Of a stretch of 64,000 nucleotides of DNA, positions 47,060 through 56,655 are shown piece by piece. Location of the stretch: positions 9,693 through 73,692 of the IMG/VR virus record IMGVR_UViG_3300009873_000007; one strand, 5' to 3'. Under the pieces are notes generated by a model. It was not told where the DNA came from. It saw only the letters and a list, made by a program, of their open reading frames with translations, and did not search any database. How positions within the stretch are numbered: position 1 is the stretch's first letter; each line of letters begins with the position of its first letter. Made by a program: the position numbers and the translations under genes. The DNA comes from a virus (taxonomy: Duplodnaviria; Caudoviricetes).

Positions 47060-47105
47060 GGTAATCCTTCCCCCGGTGTACGATGCCCGCCGGGAGGCTC
47101 AGAAA

Positions 47106-47336
47106 TTAGCTCAGAAACGCTGCCGCTGAGGGCTTGACTTCCAAACTATTGTACCGAACGATTTCACGAATCAGACTGTAGTTACCGTTCAGCGGAGCGA
47201 TTTCGATGCTCCAAATCTTTTTTTCGGGATTCCAGCGACCACCGGCTTGCTTCATCAGCTTGACGCTACGGCCATCGTAGCTGGTGGCGATGATAAAGAA
47301 TTTCTTATTGGTGTCCGTGCAGATTACGTTGCTCAT
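47106..47336 (-). CDS. Small protein with GGRWNPEKKIW (HARP/DUF5710-like) motif
   Basis: CAGGAG RBS; motif recognition. Confidence 0.6.
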   Translation of the reverse strand: MSNVICTDTNKKFFIIATSYDGRSVKLMKQAGGRWNPEKKIWSIEIAPLNGNYSLIREIVRYNSLEVKPSAAAFLS

Positions 47337-47488
47337 TTTTGCCTCTCCTGAATCACTCCGTTTCTCTGCTATTTATTTTAGCAGAAATAAATAATCTTGT
47401 CTAGTAGGGGAACCTTAAATTTTCATGCTTTTGCAAAACTCACCACGCCAAACAAAAAGCCGCCAGCACCAGGCCGGCGGCGAGTGGG

Positions 47489-47767
47489 TTAGGGGTGCGT
47501 TGGGGGTCTGCCAGCACCCTCACGAGCGCCGCCCCACTGTTTTTCATCCGACTGCCCACGCAATTGCCGGGCGGCCTGGGCCAGATGCACCCTCGCCGTC
47601 TCCCTGTGGCATCCCGTCTGCGCTATCAATTGATGACGGAATACTGAGTATTGCGCCTTGCGCGCTGGGCCGCCGGGGATTTGGTCTAGCTGCTCGATTC
47701 CAAATTTTCTGATGATAGCAAGCGCCGCCTCGTGAATCTCCTGATAGCGTTCTTTGGTTGTTGGCAT
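47489..47767 (-). CDS. Putative DNA-binding protein with WGGAREGAGRP tail
   Basis: AT-hook-like C-terminus; CAGGAG RBS. Confidence 0.65.
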   Translation of the reverse strand: MPTTKERYQEIHEAALAIIRKFGIEQLDQIPGGPARKAQYSVFRHQLIAQTGCHRETARVHLAQAARQLRGQSDEKQWGGAREGAGRPPTHP

Positions 47768-48126
47768 CAGTAATCTCCTGCATCGTTCGTGGTAGACGGA
47801 AACAGGCTCAGGCGATAGAAGCCTAGCTGCTTGCTCACGCCCAAATCGGCCAGCGGGATAAACTCGTTTTCATCGTGGAACACAACGCCGATTTCGCCAT
47901 TATCTCGTGTAATCCAGTGGGCCTGGCCGGATTCCTCGATATATTGTTGAATCACCGAGGCGATCAATAGTTGCTCGCGGGGTAGCGCATCGTCAACGCC
48001 GCCGTGCGTGATGTGTTGGTAGACCAAGCCTCGTTGGTCATCAATTCTAGCGTAGACGGTTCCGGCATCGTAGCCGGTGAGCAGGATTTGAAACAGTTCG
48101 TCGTTGTATAGGTCGGGATGTGCCAT
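47767..48126 (-). CDS. Hypothetical protein (MAHPDLY...)
   Basis: CAGGA RBS. Confidence 0.6.
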   Translation of the reverse strand: MAHPDLYNDELFQILLTGYDAGTVYARIDDQRGLVYQHITHGGVDDALPREQLLIASVIQQYIEESGQAHWITRDNGEIGVVFHDENEFIPLADLGVSKQLGFYRLSLFPSTTNDAGDY

Positions 48127-48170
48127 ACGATCCTGCCGGTTACAAGGCCACCGGCTGGGCGCATAGTTAT

Positions 48171-48770
48171 TTAATTGCTCATTCGGTCGTAACAGTCCGG
48201 GCAAGTTGTACCCTGGCTGCTCGTCATCACCAACACTTGCGGCACACTATGACCGCAAGCGCAATCAATCAATTTGACCTGTGGCGCGCTACGCTTGCGA
48301 CGAATAACGCCTTTGCTGTGGTCGTAGTAGTAGTTCGGTGAGTCTTGCCACTCGACAGCCTTGCCAGTCAGAAGCAACCGTTTAATTTCCTCCTCGGTTT
48401 TGCCGTTACGCTCTGCCGCCAGTGTGACGGCTTCCGTCAACGTTTCATCTGTGGCTGGCTTGTAGGTTTTGCCATACATCCCCACATAACCATCGGTGAT
48501 TTCGTACTCTGCCGGCTGTAGGGTGATGGTCGGCTTGGGCTGCTCAGACGGCCAAAGCATTTCCCAGTAATCTTCCGGTTCCATTTCTTTTGACGGTGCA
48601 ATCTGATCCTGAGTCTCACCGGCTAACTGGTGGGCCTGCTCATCACTCAGGTCTAACACCTTCGCCACGCTGTATAGGATAGCGTCGAAATACTCGTCTA
48701 ATTCGTCGTTGCCACGCACCGACTCATTGCGATACTGCATCAATCGCTCAAAAATCTCTTGGCTGGTCAT
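48171..48770 (-). CDS. Hypothetical protein with C-terminal Cys motifs
   Basis: CACGH...CPDC Zn-finger-like end. Confidence 0.7.
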   Translation of the reverse strand: MTSQEIFERLMQYRNESVRGNDELDEYFDAILYSVAKVLDLSDEQAHQLAGETQDQIAPSKEMEPEDYWEMLWPSEQPKPTITLQPAEYEITDGYVGMYGKTYKPATDETLTEAVTLAAERNGKTEEEIKRLLLTGKAVEWQDSPNYYYDHSKGVIRRKRSAPQVKLIDCACGHSVPQVLVMTSSQGTTCPDCYDRMSN

Positions 48771-48773
48771 GGT

Positions 48774-49103
48774 TTACTTTCCTTTGCTGATGATTTTCTT
48801 GGCGGTCGTCTTGCCGTACTTGTCGCTGATCTTCGCAAACCCTTTGCGCCCGTAGTGCTGGCGTTGCTTGTGGGCGGCGGCTTCGTAAATCTGCTCAACG
48901 GTCTGACCTAGAAACTGCTCCCACTTCATCGTAACGCCGCCGTGCGCCTTGCTGGCATCATCGCACAAATCCATGTGGGCGGCCAGTTCATCAATCGTTA
49001 CATTGCCGAGTGGGTGCGAGTAAGTCATCCCCATCTGCTCGTATCGGGCCTTCGCCGCCTGATGGTCACTCACGATTTTCTCTGCCTGTTGTCGGTTTTT
49101 CAT
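48774..49103 (-). CDS. Hypothetical protein (MKNRQQ...)
   Basis: GGAGAG RBS; TTGTAT-17-TATAAT upstream. Confidence 0.6.
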   Translation of the reverse strand: MKNRQQAEKIVSDHQAAKARYEQMGMTYSHPLGNVTIDELAAHMDLCDDASKAHGGVTMKWEQFLGQTVEQIYEAAAHKQRQHYGRKGFAKISDKYGKTTAKKIISKGK

Positions 49104-49235
49104 TGCTTGCTCTCTCCGCTTGTCTGTTTGCCGTTCGATGTCTCCATTATAAATCAACTATCGCCAAAATACAAGTAGTTGAATTATACGATTGCCCTAC
49201 GAAATTATACGTTTTGGCGTAGTATTTTGGGCAAC

Positions 49236-49269
49236 AAAAAGAGCCGGCTCCCATCAGAACCGACTCCTT
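49236..49269 (-). terminator. Intrinsic terminator
   Basis: GAGTCGGTT..AGCCGGCTC stem (G-U pairs only on minus) then TTTTT. Confidence 0.75.
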
Positions 49270-49527
49270 GTGTAAAGCTATGCTTTGGTCCTGCTTGAAA
49301 CTACAATCTACACCCTACGCTCAATCCTCACGGGTCTTGCAATTTGCCAAACATCACGATTCCGAAACCTCACACGATAACTGCGACGCCTGCGACGTTG
49401 TACCATGTGTTGCTCCTTGAATGTGGCGTTGATGGGGGCTGCTGGGGAGTCTCGCTGCGGGTTCCCCCGTCGGCGCTGTGCGCCACCCGATGGGCGATGC
49501 TCCCCAATTGAAAATAGCACAATTTTG

Positions 49528-49833
49528 CTAATCTGCAAATTCGACAATTGACCGATTGCGATGAATAGCTGAATGGCATTTATCGCACAGGCATATCGTT
49601 GCGCCGATCTCCTGCGTCAGCGACCACACATCCAGCCACGCACCGGGGAACATCCGCACAGGTGCGTAACTCGCATGGTGGACTTCCACATCGCTACGCT
49701 CATGGCAGGTTCGGCACTGACGGCCATCCAGCCACAGCCGCACACCTCGCACGAGTTTCCATCGCCACGAGTGCGCTAGATAGTGGCGATAGGCGATCTG
49801 TCTATCTGACATTGCAGAGACGAAATTAGCCAT
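49528..49833 (-). CDS. HNH endonuclease
   Basis: QCRTCH...EVHH...CLCDKCHSAIH. Confidence 0.85.
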   Translation of the reverse strand: MANFVSAMSDRQIAYRHYLAHSWRWKLVRGVRLWLDGRQCRTCHERSDVEVHHASYAPVRMFPGAWLDVWSLTQEIGATICLCDKCHSAIHRNRSIVEFAD

Positions 49834-50284
49834 TGCGCACCGCCGGCAACGCCTTAACCTCATAGCTATTATCGCCGGCAACTAGATAGTATCGGCCATT
49901 GTCCATTTCGATTTGTGCGTTGTGCTTGCGTGCAACCCGGCGCAGGGCTGGCACAAAACCAGGATCGCCAGGTTGCAGCATGGCCGGCTGCCGCCGCACC
50001 TGCTCCAGCGCAATTTGCCCTCGCCACCACAGCACGATGGCGAGCAGGATGATTGCACCGATAATCACCAGCACCCAGGGCAGCATATCCGCCCAGGTGC
50101 GGGCAACCTCCACAGACGCCTGTGATTGCAACTCGGCCACCCTCACGGCGGCATCGGCTTCGATGCGCGCCCGCTCGACATTGCCGAATAAATCAAGGCT
50201 GGGGAAAGCAACGCTAACCCCGCCTGACATTAACACAAAGACGACAGCGACCAAAACCATCAAAACTGCAACGAATTTTGCCAT
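49826..50284 (-). CDS. Two-TM membrane protein
   Basis: Hydrophobic N-terminus and LPWVLVIIGAIILLAIVLWW. Confidence 0.75.
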   Translation of the reverse strand: MAKFVAVLMVLVAVVFVLMSGGVSVAFPSLDLFGNVERARIEADAAVRVAELQSQASVEVARTWADMLPWVLVIIGAIILLAIVLWWRGQIALEQVRRQPAMLQPGDPGFVPALRRVARKHNAQIEMDNGRYYLVAGDNSYEVKALPAVRNG

Positions 50285-50328
50285 TTACCCCTCCCCTACC
50301 CTACTGGGTTGATGCTCGGATGACTCGG

Positions 50329-51033
50329 CTACACGAGGCCCGGCTCGGCGGCAACCGAGCGCCGAGCAAATTCCTCTGCCATAGACAAGGCCATGTCTGA
50401 TGATACCCCCATACTCCCATTGTTGATGGGCACACCGGCATCGGCTAAGAATTGTCGGGCAGATTCCCATTGATCTCTTGACATCACTCCCGCCGCCATA
50501 ACTTTATCTCTGGAAATTGTTCCATTTGTCTCATAGAATCCACATAGAGCAATGACACTCTCCATGCGCCGCCGATCAGCAACTTCAGCTAGTTGAGGGG
50601 CTAATTTTTCATCTTTCAGCAGAGAGCGTGCCCCACTTTTGCCCTCCATATCTAACATGCGCTGCAAAGTCTTGACCTTGTTTTCTGCCCGCAGAGCCAA
50701 CCTTTTCCAGTATTCAATTTCCTTTTCCTTTGGGTCAAGCTTTACGTATTCACGATGCAGCGCCTCACTATCATTTAAGGCGATGATGGGTAATGGGCAC
50801 GGCAGATAATCATTCTGCCAACAAATTATCATGTCACAAAACCTATGATCGTGACCATGATTCAGAAAGTTTGACGCCACAAACTCAAATTCTACTGCCC
50901 AAACCTCTCCATTCTTGCGGATTTTTGCATCCGGAAAGGTCAAATCGCTGATCTCGACAAATTCCCATCCTGCTTTTTCAGCTAAAGTCGAAAACAACAC
51001 AATTACACCTTGTTCGTTTTGTGGGATAAACAT
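50329..51033 (-). CDS. PD-(D/E)xK-type nuclease domain fused to shared C-terminal domain
   Basis: NEQGVIVLF..FPD..VEFE..SNF..HGHD..CDMIICW motif; AGGAG RBS. Confidence 0.75.
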   Translation of the reverse strand: MFIPQNEQGVIVLFSTLAEKAGWEFVEISDLTFPDAKIRKNGEVWAVEFEFVASNFLNHGHDHRFCDMIICWQNDYLPCPLPIIALNDSEALHREYVKLDPKEKEIEYWKRLALRAENKVKTLQRMLDMEGKSGARSLLKDEKLAPQLAEVADRRRMESVIALCGFYETNGTISRDKVMAAGVMSRDQWESARQFLADAGVPINNGSMGVSSDMALSMAEEFARRSVAAEPGLV

Positions 51034-51041
51034 GACTCCTC

Positions 51042-51812
51042 CTATCTTGCACTTGGCGCAACAAAACCTTCCGGCATTTGACGTTGACGAGCAACGAACT
51101 CACGTACTTTGCCCATAGCCTCTACAGCCGATGAACCGATTATTCCATTCGCCACGGGTACGCCGGAATGCTCCAGCAGGCGCTTGGCAGCCTCCCAGCG
51201 GGTGCGATCCATTGCGCCCGATTGAATCACCACATCACGACTAATTTTGCCGTGGGCATCCTGAAACCGGCATAGGGCCAGCGCATCGCGCAACGGCTCT
51301 GCGTATTCGTCCTGTGGCAATCGAGGCGGCGCCTTGGGCAACTCATCAACGCCGGTGGTCACACGCACGTTGCGCACCATCTGAGCGTTGGCGATGGAGA
51401 GTTCACGAATCTCCTGATTGAGTCGGTCATTCTCGTTTTCGAGCGCCTCAATACGCTCGGTGGAATATCCCTCCGCCCAACCCCGCCCCCAGCGGTGAAT
51501 GAACATTTGGATTTCGTCTTTGAACGCACGGATCGCACACACCACGCCGAACGCACCGCCTGACCAGTACACTGCCTCCAGCATGATCCGCTCAACCGTG
51601 GCTTTGGAATTGCCAAAATCAATGCGCCACATCTGCACAGCCACAATTGCCACAAAGAGACCTAGACCGCCGGCCACATTCTGCAATAGCGGCACAAGCA
51701 CATCGCGCTCTAGGTTCTGCGTCAGCAAATGCTCGATTACCGGATCGTACTCGGCTTGTGGCGCTTCCGGCGCTACAAATGTACTGGCTGTGTTGTATCT
51801 GCGCATGGTCAC
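51042..51812 (-). CDS. Two-TM protein with coiled coil and shared C-terminal domain
   Basis: Two hydrophobic helices; C-terminus about 44% identical to that of 50329-51033. Confidence 0.75.
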   Translation of the reverse strand: MTMRRYNTASTFVAPEAPQAEYDPVIEHLLTQNLERDVLVPLLQNVAGGLGLFVAIVAVQMWRIDFGNSKATVERIMLEAVYWSGGAFGVVCAIRAFKDEIQMFIHRWGRGWAEGYSTERIEALENENDRLNQEIRELSIANAQMVRNVRVTTGVDELPKAPPRLPQDEYAEPLRDALALCRFQDAHGKISRDVVIQSGAMDRTRWEAAKRLLEHSGVPVANGIIGSSAVEAMGKVREFVARQRQMPEGFVAPSAR

Positions 51813-52234
51813 TCCGATGTCGTACCCTGATACTCGCACTGTTCGAGGTCGCTGACTGTCTGTGGCATCGCCTCGCACAATGCCAGGTCGCCATCAAATG
51901 TAACCTCCACACCGCCGGCGACTGTACGAACTCGGAACACCTCATCAACGCCATCAATCACAAACACAACCGGTTGCCACTCACCTACCGGTTGCGCTCG
52001 TGGCGTTGGTACGGGTGTGGGCGTCGGTGTGGCTTGCACTGTGGCCGGTTGCTGCATAGACACAGCCGCCTGTACTGGCGCATCGTGACGAGCGTTCAAT
52101 CGAGACTCACCCCAGTACCGCAGACCATAGACGGCAGCGGCGGTCAGCACAATCACGATAAAGATTTTAGCCAGACCACTGCCAGCAGCAGCGGGTTGCG
52201 TCGGATTCGGTGTCACTACTCGATAGGTTGCCAT
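51809..52234 (-). CDS. Single-TM protein with PT-rich linker
   Basis: IFIVIVLTAAAVYGL; ATPTPTPVPTP. Confidence 0.7.
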   Translation of the reverse strand: MATYRVVTPNPTQPAAAGSGLAKIFIVIVLTAAAVYGLRYWGESRLNARHDAPVQAAVSMQQPATVQATPTPTPVPTPRAQPVGEWQPVVFVIDGVDEVFRVRTVAGGVEVTFDGDLALCEAMPQTVSDLEQCEYQGTTSE

Positions 52235-52404
52235 TATGGTTGCTCCTCGGTCGCACAACCGCTCAATACACTCGTCACCACAGGCGCAGCGGCTTGTGTG
52301 TGAGAATCATTCGACACGTACAGGGCCAGCACAATGCCGACTAGCAGCAATGTGGTTTTGATAGCGAGTAGCACTAGAATGATTGTTTCTCTGATGTCGA
52401 TCAC
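52234..52404 (-). CDS. 56-aa single-TM protein (not in ORF track)
   Basis: MIDIRETIILVLLAIKTTLLLVGIVLALYV...; GAGGAG upstream; TAATG overlap with next gene. Confidence 0.55.
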   Translation of the reverse strand: MIDIRETIILVLLAIKTTLLLVGIVLALYVSNDSHTQAAAPVVTSVLSGCATEEQP

Positions 52405-52498
52405 AGGTCGCTCTCCTCACGCATACCGAACATTCCAGCAATCAGTATTATCACAAACGCACCGGCCAGCATACCGGCGAGGAATGCAAGCAATGTTT

Positions 52499-53155
52499 TC
52501 ATTGTGCGGCCTCCATTGTGCCATTCGTCTGTTTCAGCCAGTTCGCAATTGTGTTGCGATGTACGCCTAGTTCTTTGGCGATCTGTGGGTAGCTCAATCC
52601 CTCATCATGCAATTGTTGTGCTCGTTGTCGCTTGTCGATTGTGATTAGCGCATCGGGCAATGGCTCCGATTGTACGTCTTCCACAGCCTGTGGTTGTACC
52701 GGTTCCGGCTCGGTCTGTGGGTCTGTGGTTGTCGCCTTTGTGGTGCGAGTTGTGCGCTTGGACGGCTGCTCAGCGTGTGGCTGTGCTTCCACAACCACAT
52801 GGCTGTACCGTGCAATGGCCGCCGGCAGCGCCACAGACACCAACCAGGACGGCAACGCACCAAACGAGAACAACGAAACATCAATCAAATAGTAGTAGCT
52901 CAGATTCATCGCAATGCTGACGGCGGCAAATCCGTAGCTCTCGTTTTGTCTGTTTTGCACCACAAACACAAGCACGGCTAGTTCCAGCGCAATGGCAAAG
53001 AAATAGCTATGGATGTATGCCAGGATGCCGTGCGCATGGCCGATGCCTCTGAACACATCGGCGGCGTGTGGGATTTGAGCCACAAGCGCGAGCACCAACA
53101 CAATCAGGATAGCGTTGGGTGATTTTAGGATGTCAAGAAAGCGGATATTGTGCAT
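52499..53155 (-). CDS. Multi-TM protein with C-terminal HTH (DUF2637/SpdA-like architecture)
   Basis: Four hydrophobic segments; QLHDEGLSYPQIAKELGVHRNTIANWLK. Confidence 0.75.
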   Translation of the reverse strand: MHNIRFLDILKSPNAILIVLVLALVAQIPHAADVFRGIGHAHGILAYIHSYFFAIALELAVLVFVVQNRQNESYGFAAVSIAMNLSYYYLIDVSLFSFGALPSWLVSVALPAAIARYSHVVVEAQPHAEQPSKRTTRTTKATTTDPQTEPEPVQPQAVEDVQSEPLPDALITIDKRQRAQQLHDEGLSYPQIAKELGVHRNTIANWLKQTNGTMEAAQ

Positions 53156-53285
53156 TGCTCCACCTTACATTTGCAGGTAGAGCGGGGAGAGGCTAATAAT
53201 ATGCGATTAGCCTATCAGCCCGCTACTACGGGTTGATACGGTTAGTCACCTATCTGTGTTTGCTCCACGGGTAGGTGACGCTGGG

Positions 53286-53525
53286 TTATTTCCAGTAAAT
53301 CATCGAATTGATACAATCCACGGCACAGCCGGCCACCTCCACGCCGCTTTTGTCCGCCATCTGTAGAGCCTCCACAACAAACGATACCCGCTCGTGCGGT
53401 TCCAACTGGGCCAGCACACCGGGGATAGCTGCCAGCCATGCCGTGGGCGTCAGGGCGAGGGGTGGCAGTGTTGGCGCTGTGAATGGCGGATTTCCGGCAA
53501 GGATCACAAAGTCATCGTTGGTCAT
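53286..53525 (-). CDS. Hypothetical protein
   Basis: ATGA overlap with upstream gene. Confidence 0.55.
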   Translation of the reverse strand: MTNDDFVILAGNPPFTAPTLPPLALTPTAWLAAIPGVLAQLEPHERVSFVVEALQMADKSGVEVAGCAVDCINSMIYWK

Positions 53526-53743
53526 TTTCCCGGCTCCAGTGCATTCAGCAAACGATCTATTTTCTTTTCTATACGCTGCATGATGCTAACTTTACTGTTC
53601 TCCTCTTGGTCATAAAACCATCGCAACAATGCTCGTGTAAGTGCTTGTGAATCGTTGGTGGTATCGGGGAAAGTCTTACGTGCAAGATTGACCACCTCTC
53701 CCATTTTACCTTTAGTTGTAATCCACGCTTGCCCTTTTGCCAT
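53522..53743 (-). CDS. Small RHH-like regulator
   Basis: First gene after promoter; DSQALTRALLRW helix. Confidence 0.55.
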   Translation of the reverse strand: MAKGQAWITTKGKMGEVVNLARKTFPDTTNDSQALTRALLRWFYDQEENSKVSIMQRIEKKIDRLLNALEPGK

Positions 53744-53782
53744 TATCCCCGCCTAACTGTAAAAATATGGTAAGTTAGAACG

Positions 53783-53811
53783 ATTCTAAACTAAAATCGT
53801 CAGTTTGTCAA
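53783..53811 (-). promoter_or_regulatory. sigma70 promoter of membrane/nuclease operon
   Basis: TTGACA-17 nt-TAGAAT. Confidence 0.8.
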
Positions 53812-53823
53812 TAGGCAAAAATA

Positions 53824-53868
53824 CCATACGGTACGGTATGGAAAAACATACGATACAGTATGGTATGG
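53824..53868. promoter_or_regulatory. Tandem palindromic binding sites
   Basis: CATAC-N6-GTATG at 53825-53840 and 53847-53862. Confidence 0.65.
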
Positions 53869-53934
53869 TTCCGCCAACCTCCACACTTGCACACAACCCC
53901 GGCGCTATATCCAAAAATGATGGAAAATGGATAT

Positions 53935-53973
53935 AAAAAAACCGTCCGGGCGCTCTCCACGCCTCAGACGGTT
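53935..53973 (-). terminator. Intrinsic terminator
   Basis: ACCGTC..GACGGT stem then TTTTTT on minus. Confidence 0.7.
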
Positions 53974-54209
53974 GACATTCAGCGACTATATAGAAGATGT
54001 AGTTTGCACGAGTAGCTAACGATTGTTGCGATGTGTCAGTTATTTAGTTAGCGGTCGTGTGGCGGTATAGGCGATCTCCATTCACTCAGCGACACGCCAG
54101 GGCTGGCGTCAACAGATGCGTATGCGGTTATTTATGTCAAACGCTGCTCAGTGGCGGCGTGTTGGCATCTTGCCGTAGGCGATGCGCCATGTATCGCATG
54201 ATACTAAAG

Positions 54210-54436
54210 TCAGCCACAAATAGGCCATTTGTAGTGCTTGGCAACCCACGACCGGATTTTAACGATGTGATTGTAGCGCAGGCGATGCCATTCAAAGGTA
54301 GTCGCATCCTGCGCACCATCGGTCAGGTGCTTGGCGATTGCATCTAACGAACCTCGCATGACCCTAGCTGATGCCTCGGAGGTCAGCTTGTCCAGGTAGA
54401 TTCTAATGGTGTGTCTTGCTTGTCAAAGTTAATCAC
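54210..54436 (-). pseudogene. Remnant of tyrosine recombinase N-terminal domain
   Basis: MINFDKQDTPLE, frameshift, then IYLDKLTSEASARVMRGSLDAIAKHLT..FEWHRLRYNHIVKIRSWV..HY, then stop. Confidence 0.6.
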
Positions 54437-54437
54437 A

Positions 54438-54650
54438 CTATCCCTCTTTCGATCTCCACTCAATAAGACTGACACAGTTCTGACATAGCACGCTTGTATG
54501 CTTAGAAATCTCACCAAAATAGTGAGGATCAACGCCTGCCATTTGCAAGCCGCAATACGTCTGAGCGATTCGAGTTTCGTCAACGTCCGGCAACACAAGA
54601 CGCTTTACAGCATGAATCTTTTTGCGTCCAACCTGACGAACAAATTGCAT
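54438..54650 (-). CDS. Small Cys-containing protein
   Basis: TYCG...LCQNC; AAGGAGG RBS. Confidence 0.55.
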   Translation of the reverse strand: MQFVRQVGRKKIHAVKRLVLPDVDETRIAQTYCGLQMAGVDPHYFGEISKHTSVLCQNCVSLIEWRSKEG

Positions 54651-54762
54651 GTCGTCCTCCTTGTTTACTCACCTGTGTTTGCCAATTTTCACAGAGAATC
54701 CGAACGTTTGACCCACCATCAGTGTCATGGTTCCCCCTTATGCTAAGCCCTATTAGCAGAAC

Positions 54763-54981
54763 CTAAAACGGCACTTCTTCTTTGCGGCACACCAGACAAG
54801 GGATGGCATGGAATATATCTTCCACCTCTACCGGCGTCTGGCAAACGTCGCACTTGCCACCTAATTTTTGCCATCTGTTATAAGCGTCCAGCCACATCTG
54901 GCGCAACAAATCATTTTCGTACAGTTCATCTTCGGTTAGTTCAATGTCAGGGTCTACACCCTCAGCTAACCAGTCTCGCAT
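54763..54981 (-). CDS. Small Zn-ribbon protein
   Basis: CDVC...CLVC. Confidence 0.6.
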   Translation of the reverse strand: MRDWLAEGVDPDIELTEDELYENDLLRQMWLDAYNRWQKLGGKCDVCQTPVEVEDIFHAIPCLVCRKEEVPF

Positions 54982-55045
54982 AGTTCCCCCATTCTTTCTA
55001 TGAAAAACACAAGTCTCTCAGCCAATCTACCGGTCATTAGCAGAA

Positions 55046-55309
55046 CTAATCCGCCACGTTGTCTTGTACGTGCTCTTTAATCTCTGGGTGGTTGCGCAGG
55101 CAATCAGCACCAATCGGAAAGAAACCCATATCCCCAGCCGGTTCGCTTTCCCCTTCCTGGTTTGTGCCAATCCAGCACCCACCATTGACAACCCGCACCC
55201 ACTTACGGGGAGTTGCGATAGACTTCCCACACACAACACAAGGCAACTCATTATGCTTAACCTTTTCTAAGTTGCTGCTGAAGTTAGGATGAAACGGAAT
55301 AGCAATCAT
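55046..55309 (-). CDS. Small Cys-containing protein
   Basis: PCVVCGK...IGADC; GGGGAG RBS. Confidence 0.65.
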   Translation of the reverse strand: MIAIPFHPNFSSNLEKVKHNELPCVVCGKSIATPRKWVRVVNGGCWIGTNQEGESEPAGDMGFFPIGADCLRNHPEIKEHVQDNVAD

Positions 55310-55406
55310 GGCTCCCCCTTAACGTCCGATAATTCCCACTTATCCGACTCTACCCTCCAGGGATCATCCGCTGCCGGTCAACCCCTGGAGGGGGGTGGTT
55401 ATGCCG

Positions 55407-55715
55407 CTACCAGTTGTATGGCGATTCGCTAAACTCGCCGCCGATACGCTCATCTTCGATCTCAGCCATCGCCGCCTCGGTGTGGTGGAACACTGGCACA
55501 GCACCGGCACGCACCTCAGCCAAATCAGCGTCAAGTTCCGCCACAGCCGCATTATACATTGCCGCCTCTTGCATCCGCCGATTGACGTAGATGCCGGCGT
55601 AGTAACCTTCAACGTACTCGATTGGCCGCCCACGGACTGTGGAGGCATCCACACCGCTGCGGGCGGCTTCGTAGCCGGCGATCCAAACTGGTGTAGGGAT
55701 GGCGATGGCGGTCAT
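55407..55715 (-). CDS. Hypothetical protein
   Basis: GGAGG RBS before MTAIAIP. Confidence 0.65.
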   Translation of the reverse strand: MTAIAIPTPVWIAGYEAARSGVDASTVRGRPIEYVEGYYAGIYVNRRMQEAAMYNAAVAELDADLAEVRAGAVPVFHHTEAAMAEIEDERIGGEFSESPYNW

Positions 55716-56041
55716 AGTGCCACCTCCGAGATTCCACCCCATAGCCGGGTGCATTGCTGGCCGGCGAGTTCATCACTGATGATCCTGCTGACAATATCGG
55801 TGGTGAGCGTCTCCGGCAACTGACCACCATTGATCGGCATCACTCGCACCCACCCATCGGCGGCAACGATCTGCGCTTGCCGGTTGGCGTTTAGTTGGCG
55901 CAACTCAGGCCAGACACGAGCGATCCACACCATCACGGACTGATACTGCTCCGGTGTCATGTCAACCTTGATACGCACATCACGAGACGGCATCACAAAA
56001 TTGCGATACTTCGATTGTTGCATTGCTTCTTGGTATGACAT
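55712..56041 (-). CDS. Hypothetical protein
   Basis: GAGGA RBS; ATGA overlap. Confidence 0.65.
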   Translation of the reverse strand: MSYQEAMQQSKYRNFVMPSRDVRIKVDMTPEQYQSVMVWIARVWPELRQLNANRQAQIVAADGWVRVMPINGGQLPETLTTDIVSRIISDELAGQQCTRLWGGISEVAL

Positions 56042-56141
56042 TATAATGATCCTCGCTTGGCTACTGACTCTCGTTGGTTAACTAAGCGTCTGACCTGTGA
56101 CTCAGCGATACTTTCCACGGTGGCGCTGAGTCACAGAACCG

Positions 56142-56360
56142 CTATTTCCCCATCGGATTTTCATCTGCAAAGGCAATCGCTTTCGCTACTGCTTTTTTGC
56201 GTGACTCCGATAAATTTACGGTATAACGAAATTGTTTGACCAGCATATACATATCGTGGCTAATCCATCGACGCACTTGGATCGTTGAGGTCTTCTTTGC
56301 ACCTACTATAGTCTTGCCGTGACCTACCGATTCAGCGATTTCGTAACCTTTATAATCCAT
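56142..56360 (-). CDS. Hypothetical protein
   Basis: GGAGG RBS. Confidence 0.6.
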   Translation of the reverse strand: MDYKGYEIAESVGHGKTIVGAKKTSTIQVRRWISHDMYMLVKQFRYTVNLSESRKKAVAKAIAFADENPMGK

Positions 56361-56430
56361 CTATCCTATCCTCCTCGTCTGATTGTGGCCGGTGAGACTT
56401 TCCACGGTGACACCGGCCACATGACCGCTA

Positions 56431-56646
56431 CTAAAATGCCTTATCCATCGTTTCAACACGTAGCCACTTGTCATTGACACATCCGGCTAACGACTCCAAC
56501 GCCGTTGCAATCCGCTGCATGGCTTCGGCTTGAACCTTTGCGGCTTCAGCCTGAGCAAACATCAGATTCATCTGAGTCTGCTCAAATGATCTAGCATCTC
56601 TAGCCATGTTGAGATAAAATTCGATTCCTTGAATGTCAATAGTCAT
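56431..56646 (-). CDS. Hypothetical protein
   Basis: GAGGTG RBS. Confidence 0.6.
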   Translation of the reverse strand: MTIDIQGIEFYLNMARDARSFEQTQMNLMFAQAEAAKVQAEAMQRIATALESLAGCVNDKWLRVETMDKAF

Positions 56647-56655
56647 CTCGTCACC

